Origin: Candidatus Iainarchaeum sp.
GTDB lineage: Archaea; Iainarchaeota; Iainarchaeia; Iainarchaeales; 0-14-0-20-34-12
DNA: 32,000 bases
Direction of reading: 5' to 3'
Assembly: GCA_030649345.1 (NCBI GenBank)
Contig: JAUSKK010000051.1
Span: 1-32,000 of the forward strand
Shown piece after piece: positions 9,216 to 16,498 of this stretch. How positions within the stretch are numbered: position 1 is the stretch's first letter; each line of letters starts with the position of its first letter. Below the pieces are notes generated by a model, which had not been told where the DNA came from, ran no database searches, and saw only the letters and a list, made by a program, of their open reading frames with translations. The position numbers were made by a program, and so were the translations under genes.

Positions 9216-10106
9216 ATGAGTATTTTGGTTGGAAAAGGTTCCCGAATTTTAATTCAAGGAATTACTGGAAGAGAAGCTTCTATGATTTTGCCGGATATGT
9301 TAAAATATGGTTCGAAGGTTTTAGCTGGAGTAACTCCAGGAAAAGGCGGACAAACCATTCAAGGAATTCCTGTGTATGATTCTGTTAAAGAAGCTTTGGA
9401 TATTCATTCAGAAATTAATACTTCTTTGGTTTATGTTCCTCCGTTTGCTGCAAAACAAGCATGCATGGAGGCTTTAGATAATGGAATTCATTTATTGAAT
9501 GTTGTAACTGAACGAGTACCTGTACGCGATAGTTGGGCGATTATTAAGAAAGCCAAAGAACTGAATGCTCGAGTTATTGGTCCAACTTCTTTGGGAATTA
9601 TTTCTCCAGGCAAATGTAAGCTGGGTCCAATTGGAGGAAATGATCCTAGTTCAGTGTATCAAGAAGGTTCAATTGGTGTAATGTCTAAAAGTGGGGGTAT
9701 GACTACTGAGACTTCTTGGGTTTTGCGTTTGAATGATTTTGGTCAAAGCACTGCAGTTGGTTTGGGCGGCGATGTATTAATGGGTTCTATGTTTACAGAC
9801 TTGTTGCCTTTGTTTAATGAAGACCAGCAAACCAAGGCTATTGTAATATTCGGAGAATTGGGTGGCTTGCAAGAGAATGCTGTGGCAGAATATGTAAAAC
9901 ACTTTGGCCAGCCTAAGCCCATTGTTGCTTTTATTGCTGGAAAGTTTTCAGAACACTTGCCTCAAGCCATTTTTGGTCATGCCGGTGCCATTATCCAAGG
10001 CGGTAAAGATTCACCACATGAAAAAATTAAAGAATTAGAAACTGCAGGAATACGCGTTGCAAAAGTACATCACGAGATAGGGGAAATATTGAAGGAAGTT
10101 TTATAA
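9216..10106 (+). CDS. CoA-binding / phosphohistidine subunit of the ACL / citryl-CoA-synthetase-type enzyme (SucD-like fold)
   Basis: ILIQGITGREAS Rossmann start, GVTPGKGG, SKSGGMTTE (ACL-like SGGM rather than the SCS SGTL), and the phosphohistidine loop FGHAGAIIQGG. It starts 1 nt after the upstream gene. Confidence 0.8.
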   Translation: MSILVGKGSRILIQGITGREASMILPDMLKYGSKVLAGVTPGKGGQTIQGIPVYDSVKEALDIHSEINTSLVYVPPFAAKQACMEALDNGIHLLNVVTERVPVRDSWAIIKKAKELNARVIGPTSLGIISPGKCKLGPIGGNDPSSVYQEGSIGVMSKSGGMTTETSWVLRLNDFGQSTAVGLGGDVLMGSMFTDLLPLFNEDQQTKAIVIFGELGGLQENAVAEYVKHFGQPKPIVAFIAGKFSEHLPQAIFGHAGAIIQGGKDSPHEKIKELETAGIRVAKVHHEIGEILKEVL

Positions 10107-10129
10107 GCAAGAAATTTCGTTAATTAATT

Positions 10130-10600
10130 ATGCCCATCAATTTCCCTAAATTATTTGTTTCTATTTTCATTTGTTTTTTAGCTGGTTTAATTGGCTCAAT
10201 TTTTACTTTTTCTGCAATTCCAACTTGGTATGCTGGATTGGTTAAGCCTTGGTTTTCTCCGCCTAATTTTTTGTTTGCACCAGTTTGGACAATCTTGTAT
10301 GTATTAATGGGAATTGCTTTGTATTTAATTTGGCGTAAAGGATTTCAAGAAAACAAAACATCCATAAAAATATTTTTTGTTCAATTATTGCTTAATGCTT
10401 TTTGGTCAATTGTGTTTTTTGGATTCAAACAATTATTCAATGCATTCATTGTGATCATTTTCTTATGGATCAGTATTCTGGCATGCATTTTATTATTTTA
10501 TAAAATTGACAAAAAAGCAAGTTACTTGTTAATTCCTTATTTAGCTTGGGTTAGCTTTGCAGGAATCCTAAACTATTCTGTCTGGGCATTAAATGGTTAA
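10130..10600 (+). CDS. tspO: TspO/MBR tryptophan-rich sensory protein
   Basis: Five TM segments in 156 aa. WFSPPNFLFAPVWTILYVLMGIALYLIW is present, with a Trp-rich pattern throughout. Confidence 0.85.
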   Translation: MPINFPKLFVSIFICFLAGLIGSIFTFSAIPTWYAGLVKPWFSPPNFLFAPVWTILYVLMGIALYLIWRKGFQENKTSIKIFFVQLLLNAFWSIVFFGFKQLFNAFIVIIFLWISILACILLFYKIDKKASYLLIPYLAWVSFAGILNYSVWALNG

Positions 10601-10651
10601 AAATATAAATAGAATATTAGATTTAAAAACAGAATAAGCACTCTATTTAAT

Positions 10652-10774
10652 ATGAAATTCAAAAAATCTTCTAAAACTGGAATTATGAAGTTTGCAGGCA
10701 TGCTAAAGAATCCACAACATTTGTCTGCCATGGATTTAATGAAAAAACATGGTTTGAGAATGGAAGACGCTTAA
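10652..10774 (+). CDS. possible truncated antitoxin of the second PIN locus (40 aa, below the ORF-track cutoff)
   Basis: ATG at 10652 gives MKFKKSSKTGIMKFAGMLKNPQHLSAMDLMKKHGLRMEDA, ending at TAA 10772-10774. The same frame continues past TAA (10772) and TAG (10778) to a TGA that overlaps the PIN ATG (ATGA at 10819-10822). Confidence 0.35.
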   Translation: MKFKKSSKTGIMKFAGMLKNPQHLSAMDLMKKHGLRMEDA

Positions 10775-10818
10775 TTTTAGAAAATAAAAATAATATTAAC
10801 GCTAAGAGAGTTGGTGAA

Positions 10819-11238
10819 ATGAGTCACTTAATATATTTAGATACTGGCATATTCATTGGATTTTTACTAAAAGAAAGCCCAGAATACAGATCTTGTAAAG
10901 AAATAATTACTGCAATCAGAGAACAAAAACAAAAAGTACTTTTTTCAGTCTTAAATATTTCTGAAGTATTTTATATTCTGCAACGAGAACATGTAAGTAC
11001 AGATAGAATTAGAAAAGCTATTGAAGAATTAGCAAAACTACCTTATGTTACACTAATTGAAGTACCTATTAAAATTGAACTAAATGCGCTTAAAATTGCA
11101 GAAAAATATAATATTGACTTAACCGATGCAACAACCTATTTGCTAATGAAAGAAAACAAAATAAAATTCATTTATGCTTTAGACAAACATTACGACCGAT
11201 TCAAAGACCTTCAAAGGCTAACTGAATTAAAATATTAG
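10819..11238 (+). CDS. PIN-domain ribonuclease toxin (VapC-like), second locus
   Basis: LIYLDTGIFIGFLL N-terminal acidic motif, ISEVFYIL, and DLTDATTYLLM. Size is 139 aa. GGTGA lies upstream. Confidence 0.75.
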   Translation: MSHLIYLDTGIFIGFLLKESPEYRSCKEIITAIREQKQKVLFSVLNISEVFYILQREHVSTDRIRKAIEELAKLPYVTLIEVPIKIELNALKIAEKYNIDLTDATTYLLMKENKIKFIYALDKHYDRFKDLQRLTELKY

Positions 11239-11266
11239 TTGGAAAAAACCGAACCATTACAATAAA

Positions 11267-11278
11267 CTATTTAAATAG
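11267..11278 (+). promoter_or_regulatory. palindromic TATA-like element upstream of the serpin gene
   Basis: Perfect 12-bp palindrome CTATTTAAATAG, ending 19 nt before the ATG at 11297. No Shine-Dalgarno lies in between, so the transcript may be leaderless. Confidence 0.35.
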
Positions 11279-11296
11279 CTGAATTATAATTAAAGT

Positions 11297-12574
11297 ATGA
11301 AACAATTTTTCATTATTGGAACTTTACTTGTTTTATTAATTGCTGGATGCACTACCCCAATTCAAGTACCTGGAAACAATGATGAACCAGAACCAGTTAT
11401 TACCGAAAAACCAGTTCTAGATGACAGCCAAGCTACAATTGAAGGAGTTAACCAAATTGTACAAGGTAATAGTCAATTTGGATTCAATCTATATTCTAAA
11501 TTACCTCAAGATTCAAGCAATGTATTCTTTTCACCGTATAGTATTAGCACAGCCATTGCTATGGCTTATGAAGGAGCACAAGAACAAACAGCTCAAGAAA
11601 TACAAACAGTATTCGGTTTCCCAGTAGACAATTCAGTTTTACGTTCCGCAAATGCAAGTATTTACAATAAATACAATAAAAAAGATTTGAATTACATTTT
11701 GTCTACAGCCAATGCTTTATGGGTGCAACAAGATTATACTTTGTTAGATAATTACAAAAATGTTGCCCAAAATTCTTACGGCGGAAAAGCAAGCAATGTA
11801 GACTTTGTTAACCAAACTGAACAAACAAGGCAAACTATTAATTCATGGGTTGAAAATGAAACTTATGGAAAAATCAAAAATTTATTCGGGCCAGGAAGTT
11901 TAACTCCAGATTATCGTTTGGTTATCACAAACGCAATTTATTTTAAAGGAAAATGGAAAGAAAAATTCAACGAAGAATCCACGGAAAATCAAGACTTTAC
12001 TTTAGCCAATGGAAGTAAAGTACAAGTTCCAATGATGAGACAATTTAATGAAGATTTTAGATATGCTGAAACCAATGAATGGAAAGCGCTTGAAATGGAT
12101 TACGAAGGAAACGATTTATCTATGTTAATTTTATTGCCCAAAGAAAATAATCTAACTGAACTTGAACAAAATTTAACTCTAGAATCTGTAAAAAATTTAA
12201 AAGAACAAATGAGCTATGAAACAACCAATGTATTTTTTCCAAGATTTAAATTCAATACAAAATATTCACTCAATGATTCTTTAGGCCAATTGGGAATGCC
12301 GACTGCGTTTTCAAATGCTGCTAATTTTTCAGGAATTACAGGTTCTCAAGACTTAAAAATTGGAATTGTAATTCACCAAGCATTTGTGGAAGTCAATGAA
12401 AAAGGAACTGAAGCAGCTGCAGCTACCGGGATAGGATTTGAATTAACCTCTGCTCCATTTGAACCGGAAGAACCTAAAGAATTCAAAGCAGACCATCCAT
12501 TTATTTTCGTTATTCAAGACACAGAAACAGGCAATATTTTGTTTATGGGAAAAGTCAATAATCCTTTAAATTAA
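11297..12574 (+). CDS. serpin (serine protease inhibitor), predicted lipoprotein
   Basis: Signal peptide plus lipobox LLIAGC. Serpin core FFSPYSISTAIAMAYEGAQEQTAQEI. Inhibitory-type hinge EKGTEAAAATG. C-terminal DHPFIFVIQD...GKVNNP. Confidence 0.9.
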   Translation: MKQFFIIGTLLVLLIAGCTTPIQVPGNNDEPEPVITEKPVLDDSQATIEGVNQIVQGNSQFGFNLYSKLPQDSSNVFFSPYSISTAIAMAYEGAQEQTAQEIQTVFGFPVDNSVLRSANASIYNKYNKKDLNYILSTANALWVQQDYTLLDNYKNVAQNSYGGKASNVDFVNQTEQTRQTINSWVENETYGKIKNLFGPGSLTPDYRLVITNAIYFKGKWKEKFNEESTENQDFTLANGSKVQVPMMRQFNEDFRYAETNEWKALEMDYEGNDLSMLILLPKENNLTELEQNLTLESVKNLKEQMSYETTNVFFPRFKFNTKYSLNDSLGQLGMPTAFSNAANFSGITGSQDLKIGIVIHQAFVEVNEKGTEAAAATGIGFELTSAPFEPEEPKEFKADHPFIFVIQDTETGNILFMGKVNNPLN

Positions 12575-13119
12575 AAAAATAAAAAACTAAGTCCTAACAA
12601 AACAAATACTAGGCCTGCAATCTTGTGCAATAAAACATAATTCATTTTTTGGCTTAATATTTTTCCTGCAAAAATAGCTAAAGCAGACAAAATTAATAAA
12701 GCCAGCCAGGCACCCAAGAATACAAAAATTGGATTAAACTTGGTTGAAAACAATCCAGAAACTAACTGTGATTTATCGCCCATTTCTGCAATCAAAATTA
12801 AACTTAAACCAGAAAAAAATGGATTGCTTAATGTAGGCACTGTATCTGATTTTGCATGATCTAGCCAAGTTTTGACTCCAAATATAATAAATAAAACTCC
12901 TGCAATTAATTTAATCCAAGCAAACGGAATAACTGAAGAAATCCAAGAACCTAAAAAGACAGCCACAATCGTAGTGATTAAAAAAGCCAAACTTATGCCC
13001 AATAATAATTTTCCGTGTTCTTTGGTTTTTGAAGAAAGCACTAAAATAGTTAATTGTGTTTTGTCACCCAATTCACTTAAAGCAATGGTAAAAAAAGGCA
13101 ATAAAAAATCAGTGATCAT
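12571..13119 (-). CDS. GDT1/UPF0016 (TMEM165-like) cation transporter
   Basis: Two copies of the E-x-G-D-K-[TS] motif (SELGDKTQL and AEMGDKSQL) in a 6-TM, 182-aa protein. Confidence 0.85.
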   Translation of the reverse strand: MITDFLLPFFTIALSELGDKTQLTILVLSSKTKEHGKLLLGISLAFLITTIVAVFLGSWISSVIPFAWIKLIAGVLFIIFGVKTWLDHAKSDTVPTLSNPFFSGLSLILIAEMGDKSQLVSGLFSTKFNPIFVFLGAWLALLILSALAIFAGKILSQKMNYVLLHKIAGLVFVLLGLSFLFF

Positions 13120-13173
13120 ATAAAAATATTCTAAATCTAATGCTTTTTAAACTAGTTCTTCCTAAAGTTTAAC

Positions 13174-13362
13174 ATGGTTCGAGGAATTATTTTAGGAATT
13201 CAGTTACTGTTGGAATTGGGTTTAGCTTATTTTTTGGTTTTATTAATCTCCAATATTGCAGTATTTAATTTTGGAATGGAAACCATTCAACTGGTTATTG
13301 CTAGTTTGCTTTTTATAGGATTGCTAATTTTCACTGTGAAAAAATTACCGTATCAAGAATAG
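13174..13362 (+). CDS. small two-TM membrane protein (hypothetical)
   Basis: 62 aa with two hydrophobic stretches, 15 nt upstream of the citryl-CoA lyase gene. There is no homology evidence. Confidence 0.35.
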   Translation: MVRGIILGIQLLLELGLAYFLVLLISNIAVFNFGMETIQLVIASLLFIGLLIFTVKKLPYQE

Positions 13363-13377
13363 TTTCGAGGAATTGAA

Positions 13378-14103
13378 ATGAAATTTGTTACAGAAATTGG
13401 TTACAGCAGTCCAAAAAAAACCATTGTACGCGGACATGACATTCAAGACTTAGTGAAAAATAATACGTTTACAGAAGGAATTTTTTTAACCTGGCAAGGA
13501 AGATTACCCAATGAAAAAGAACGAAAAATGCTAGATGCTATTCTGGTTTCCTGCATGGAACATGGACCCAATGCACCCACTATTTTGAGTTCCAGAATTG
13601 TAGCCAGTGCAGGTAATTCATTGAATGCCAGTGTAGCTGCCGGAGTATTAAGTGTCGGAGAACATCATGGTGGAGCCATTGAACAATGTGCTAAACTTTT
13701 TCAAGAACAAATAAACCAAACTGGAAAACAAATTGTGAAAGAATTTGAAGAAAAGAAAAAACGAATCCCTGGATATGGTCATAAAATTTACACCACAGAT
13801 CCTAGGACAGTTCAATTATTGGAAATAGCACAAAAACTTGGATTCTTTGGAAAGTTTGTAAAATTAAGTTTAGAAATTGAAAAAGAATTAGAAACTTTAA
13901 AAGGAAAAAAACTATGCTTGAATGTAGATGGATGTATTGCTGCCTTGATGAGTGAATTAGGCTTTAGCTGGCAGTATGGCAAAGGTTTTTTCATTATTAG
14001 CAGAACCACTGGAATTATTGCGCATGCAGTTGAAGAAACTGTCAAAGAAAAGCCTTTCAGGAGATTGGATGAATCTGAAGTCGAATATATCGGCAAAAAA
14101 TGA
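13378..14103 (+). CDS. citryl-CoA lyase (stand-alone citrate-synthase-like C-terminal module)
   Basis: At 241 aa it is far shorter than citrate synthase. It carries HGPNAPT, GEHHGGA, GYGHKIYTTDPR, LNVDG and SRTTGIIAHAVEE, the catalytic His/His/Asp region of the citrate synthase / ACL C-terminal family. Confidence 0.75.
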   Translation: MKFVTEIGYSSPKKTIVRGHDIQDLVKNNTFTEGIFLTWQGRLPNEKERKMLDAILVSCMEHGPNAPTILSSRIVASAGNSLNASVAAGVLSVGEHHGGAIEQCAKLFQEQINQTGKQIVKEFEEKKKRIPGYGHKIYTTDPRTVQLLEIAQKLGFFGKFVKLSLEIEKELETLKGKKLCLNVDGCIAALMSELGFSWQYGKGFFIISRTTGIIAHAVEETVKEKPFRRLDESEVEYIGKK

Positions 14104-14142
14104 TTCCAAATAATTAAAAAGGCACTGGACATCAAATAATTC

Positions 14143-15558
14143 ATGGTTGAATTTCGAATTGAAAAAGATTCTTTGGGTGCAATAAATGTGCCAAAAGATG
14201 CATTTTATGGTTCTTTTACTGCAAGGGCTTCTGCTAATTTTCAATTATCCGAAAACAAATACCCACGAGCAATTTTGGAACAGTATGTTTGGCTTAAAAT
14301 TACGGCAGCTCAAATAAATTTACAATTAGGTGTATTAAGCCAACGAAAAGCAAAGGCCATAGAGCAAGCAGGAAAAGAAATCTTAAATGGAAAATTTAAA
14401 GATCAATTTCAAATTGATGTATTTCAAGCTGGCGGCGGAACAGTTTACAATATGAATGTCAATGAAGTATTGGCCAATCGAGCGAATCAAATCTTGGGCG
14501 GAAAGTTAGGAGTTTATGATCTAGTTCATGCCAATGATGATGTCAATTTAGGGCAATCCAGCAATGATTTAGGACCCACAGCTATTCGATTAATGTGCTT
14601 GAAAGAATCACAAAAACTATTGAAAACTTTAACAAATCTGGAAAAATCTTTTTTAGTTCAATCCAAGAAACACAAAAACACAATTAAAAGCGGGCGAACT
14701 CATTTACAAGATGCTTTGCCAGTTTTTTTTGGACAAATCTTTGAAACCTATGCTTTAAGTATTCAAAAAAGTAGGGAAAGAATTCAAGAAAGTTTAATTC
14801 ATTTACGTGAATTGGGCATTGGAGGAACTGCAGTTGGAACTGGATCAAATACACATTCCAAATTTCATTCTTTAATGGTTAAACAATTAAGCAAAAATTT
14901 AAACCTTAAATTGAAAACTTCTAAAAATTTATTTTATCACCAGCACAGTTCAGTGGAACAGTTGGCTTTTATGAATTCGTTAAGTGAATGCTGTATTGAG
15001 GCCAGTAAAATTTGCAATGACTTAAGACTACTGGCTTCAGGGCCTAGAACCGGATTTGCTGAAATTATTTTGCCTGAAGTAGAACCAGGGTCAAGTATTA
15101 TGCCAGGAAAAGTTAATCCCAGTATTATAGAAGCAGTGCAAATGAGTTTAATGCAAGTGCAAGGATATGCAAAAACTACCGAATTGGCCAGTATGCAAAC
15201 TCAATTGGAATTGCAGACATTTATGCCAGTCATTGCTTGGAATTGTTTGCAGGGAATTGAATTATTAAACAATGGTTTGGAATTATTGAATAAAAAATGC
15301 ATTCAAGGAATTCAAATAGATAAAGAAAAATGCCAAACTTATTTTGAAAACAGTTTGTCTTTGGTTACTTTTTTAGCTCCAGTCATTGGTTATGTTAAAT
15401 CAGCTCAATTGGCCAAACAAGCCATGAAAGAAAATAAAAGTATAAAACAAATTGTAATCGAAGACGGAATTATGACTGAAAAAGAATGGAATAATTTAAT
15501 GAATCCAAAACAATTAACGAAAGCGAATTTAGAATTTTTAAATAAATTTAAAAAATAA
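14143..15558 (+). CDS. fumC: class II fumarate hydratase (fumarase/aspartase superfamily)
   Basis: SS loop GSSIMPGKVNP, plus HANDDVNLGQSSND, GRTHLQDALP and GGTAVGTGSNT. The motif variants are closer to FumC than to AspA, but aspartase is not excluded. Confidence 0.75.
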   Translation: MVEFRIEKDSLGAINVPKDAFYGSFTARASANFQLSENKYPRAILEQYVWLKITAAQINLQLGVLSQRKAKAIEQAGKEILNGKFKDQFQIDVFQAGGGTVYNMNVNEVLANRANQILGGKLGVYDLVHANDDVNLGQSSNDLGPTAIRLMCLKESQKLLKTLTNLEKSFLVQSKKHKNTIKSGRTHLQDALPVFFGQIFETYALSIQKSRERIQESLIHLRELGIGGTAVGTGSNTHSKFHSLMVKQLSKNLNLKLKTSKNLFYHQHSSVEQLAFMNSLSECCIEASKICNDLRLLASGPRTGFAEIILPEVEPGSSIMPGKVNPSIIEAVQMSLMQVQGYAKTTELASMQTQLELQTFMPVIAWNCLQGIELLNNGLELLNKKCIQGIQIDKEKCQTYFENSLSLVTFLAPVIGYVKSAQLAKQAMKENKSIKQIVIEDGIMTEKEWNNLMNPKQLTKANLEFLNKFKK

Positions 15559-15567
15559 TGTGAAAAA

Positions 15568-16365
15568 ATGAAGCCCAAATTTAGTGGAAAAGGAATTTTG
15601 TCTAAAAAACATGGGGCTGTTTTAAGCAGATTGTTGAAAGGAAAACAAAAACGAGCCATTGCCCGGGAATTGAATCTCAGTGAAGCTGGTGTGGAAACCC
15701 GATTGAATATTCTTTGGCCGTATCTTGGAGAAAGTACTCAGCAGTTGATTGAATCTAGGCGAAGAAGTTCAAAAACAGAAAAACCTACTTTGGATTCAAA
15801 AAAATTAATTGATTCTTTAGATCGGGAATTAGAAAGTAATCCAAATCTAAGTACTTTGAAAAAATTAGCAGAAGAATTTAAAGTTAAACCAGCAGTTATT
15901 TTGCATGAATTGAAATTGGCTGGAGTTTTTTTTAAACCAGAACTTGCAAGAAAATGGCTGGAATTCTGGAAAGAAGTAGCACGTGTAAGAAAATTACATT
16001 TAGTAGATCAAGCTCAAGTACTCCGAATTAGTCCGGAAAAAGTGCGTAAATTGCAGCGTCGATTTCAGCAAGGATTTCAAATAAAAGAAATGCGAACTTT
16101 TTTAAAAGAATTAACTAGAGCCGGTTGGTGGAAAAGTGATTATAGGTCTAAGCTTGGAGGGCGTGCAATTCAAAAAAGAGATTGGCAAGTCAAAGAAGAT
16201 CTGGCTTTACTGAATAGTTTAGCTGAAGCATCCAGTGAAACATATGCCGCTTTGATGGGTTCACTTTTTAATCAATACGCCATCCAAGAGTATGCATTCA
16301 GGAAAAAAAATAAGCTGCCAATTCCCAAGTTAATTGCAACTATTGTCGAGGTAGATTCTACATGA
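15568..16365 (+). CDS. ORFan with an N-terminal LuxR/GerE-type helix-turn-helix
   Basis: LSKKHGAVLSRLLKGKQKRAIARELNLSEAGVETRLNILWPYLG follows the LuxR-type pattern L-x2-R-E-x2-V-L-x-L-x3-G-x3-K-E-I-A-x2-L-x-I-S-x2-T-V. I do not recognise the remaining ~200 aa. Confidence 0.55.
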   Translation: MKPKFSGKGILSKKHGAVLSRLLKGKQKRAIARELNLSEAGVETRLNILWPYLGESTQQLIESRRRSSKTEKPTLDSKKLIDSLDRELESNPNLSTLKKLAEEFKVKPAVILHELKLAGVFFKPELARKWLEFWKEVARVRKLHLVDQAQVLRISPEKVRKLQRRFQQGFQIKEMRTFLKELTRAGWWKSDYRSKLGGRAIQKRDWQVKEDLALLNSLAEASSETYAALMGSLFNQYAIQEYAFRKKNKLPIPKLIATIVEVDST

Positions 16366-16390
16366 TTTTAAATTTGAGAAATTTAAAAAC

Positions 16391-16471
16391 TTTTGAAAAT
16401 TTAAGAAATTTCAACACTATTGTTGAAAACTTAATAGATTTTCAAAATCATAAAATTCAAGAGAATTTTAT
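16391..16471 (+). promoter_or_regulatory. conserved promoter/operator module, copy B (upstream of the orphan sdhA/frdA)
   Basis: TTTTGAAAATTT at 16391-16402. TTTCAACA (16409-16416)-CTAT-TGTTGAAA (16421-16428). TTGAAAA (16423-16429)-N9-TTTTCAA (16439-16445). Perfect palindrome ATAAAATTC (16450-16458)-AAGA-GAATTTTAT (16463-16471). AGGAGG lies upstream of the ATG at 16499. Confidence 0.6.
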
Positions 16472-16498
16472 TGCTTTAAAAAACCAGGAGGTTTTTTA

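Noticed and set aside
8021-10106. A straightforward call as succinyl-CoA synthetase sucC/sucD.
   Set aside because: The diagnostic loops (AGGGAS, GGTANN...KGF, RRDGPN..EG, SGGM) follow ATP-citrate lyase / citryl-CoA synthetase rather than SCS. I kept the call as an SCS-fold, ACL-type enzyme pending phylogeny.
13812-14244. Minus-strand ORFs 13812..14144 and 13957..14244, which overlap the citryl-CoA lyase and fumarase genes.
   Set aside because: They are antisense to two well-supported enzymes, have no recognisable domains, and have no upstream promoter or RBS context.
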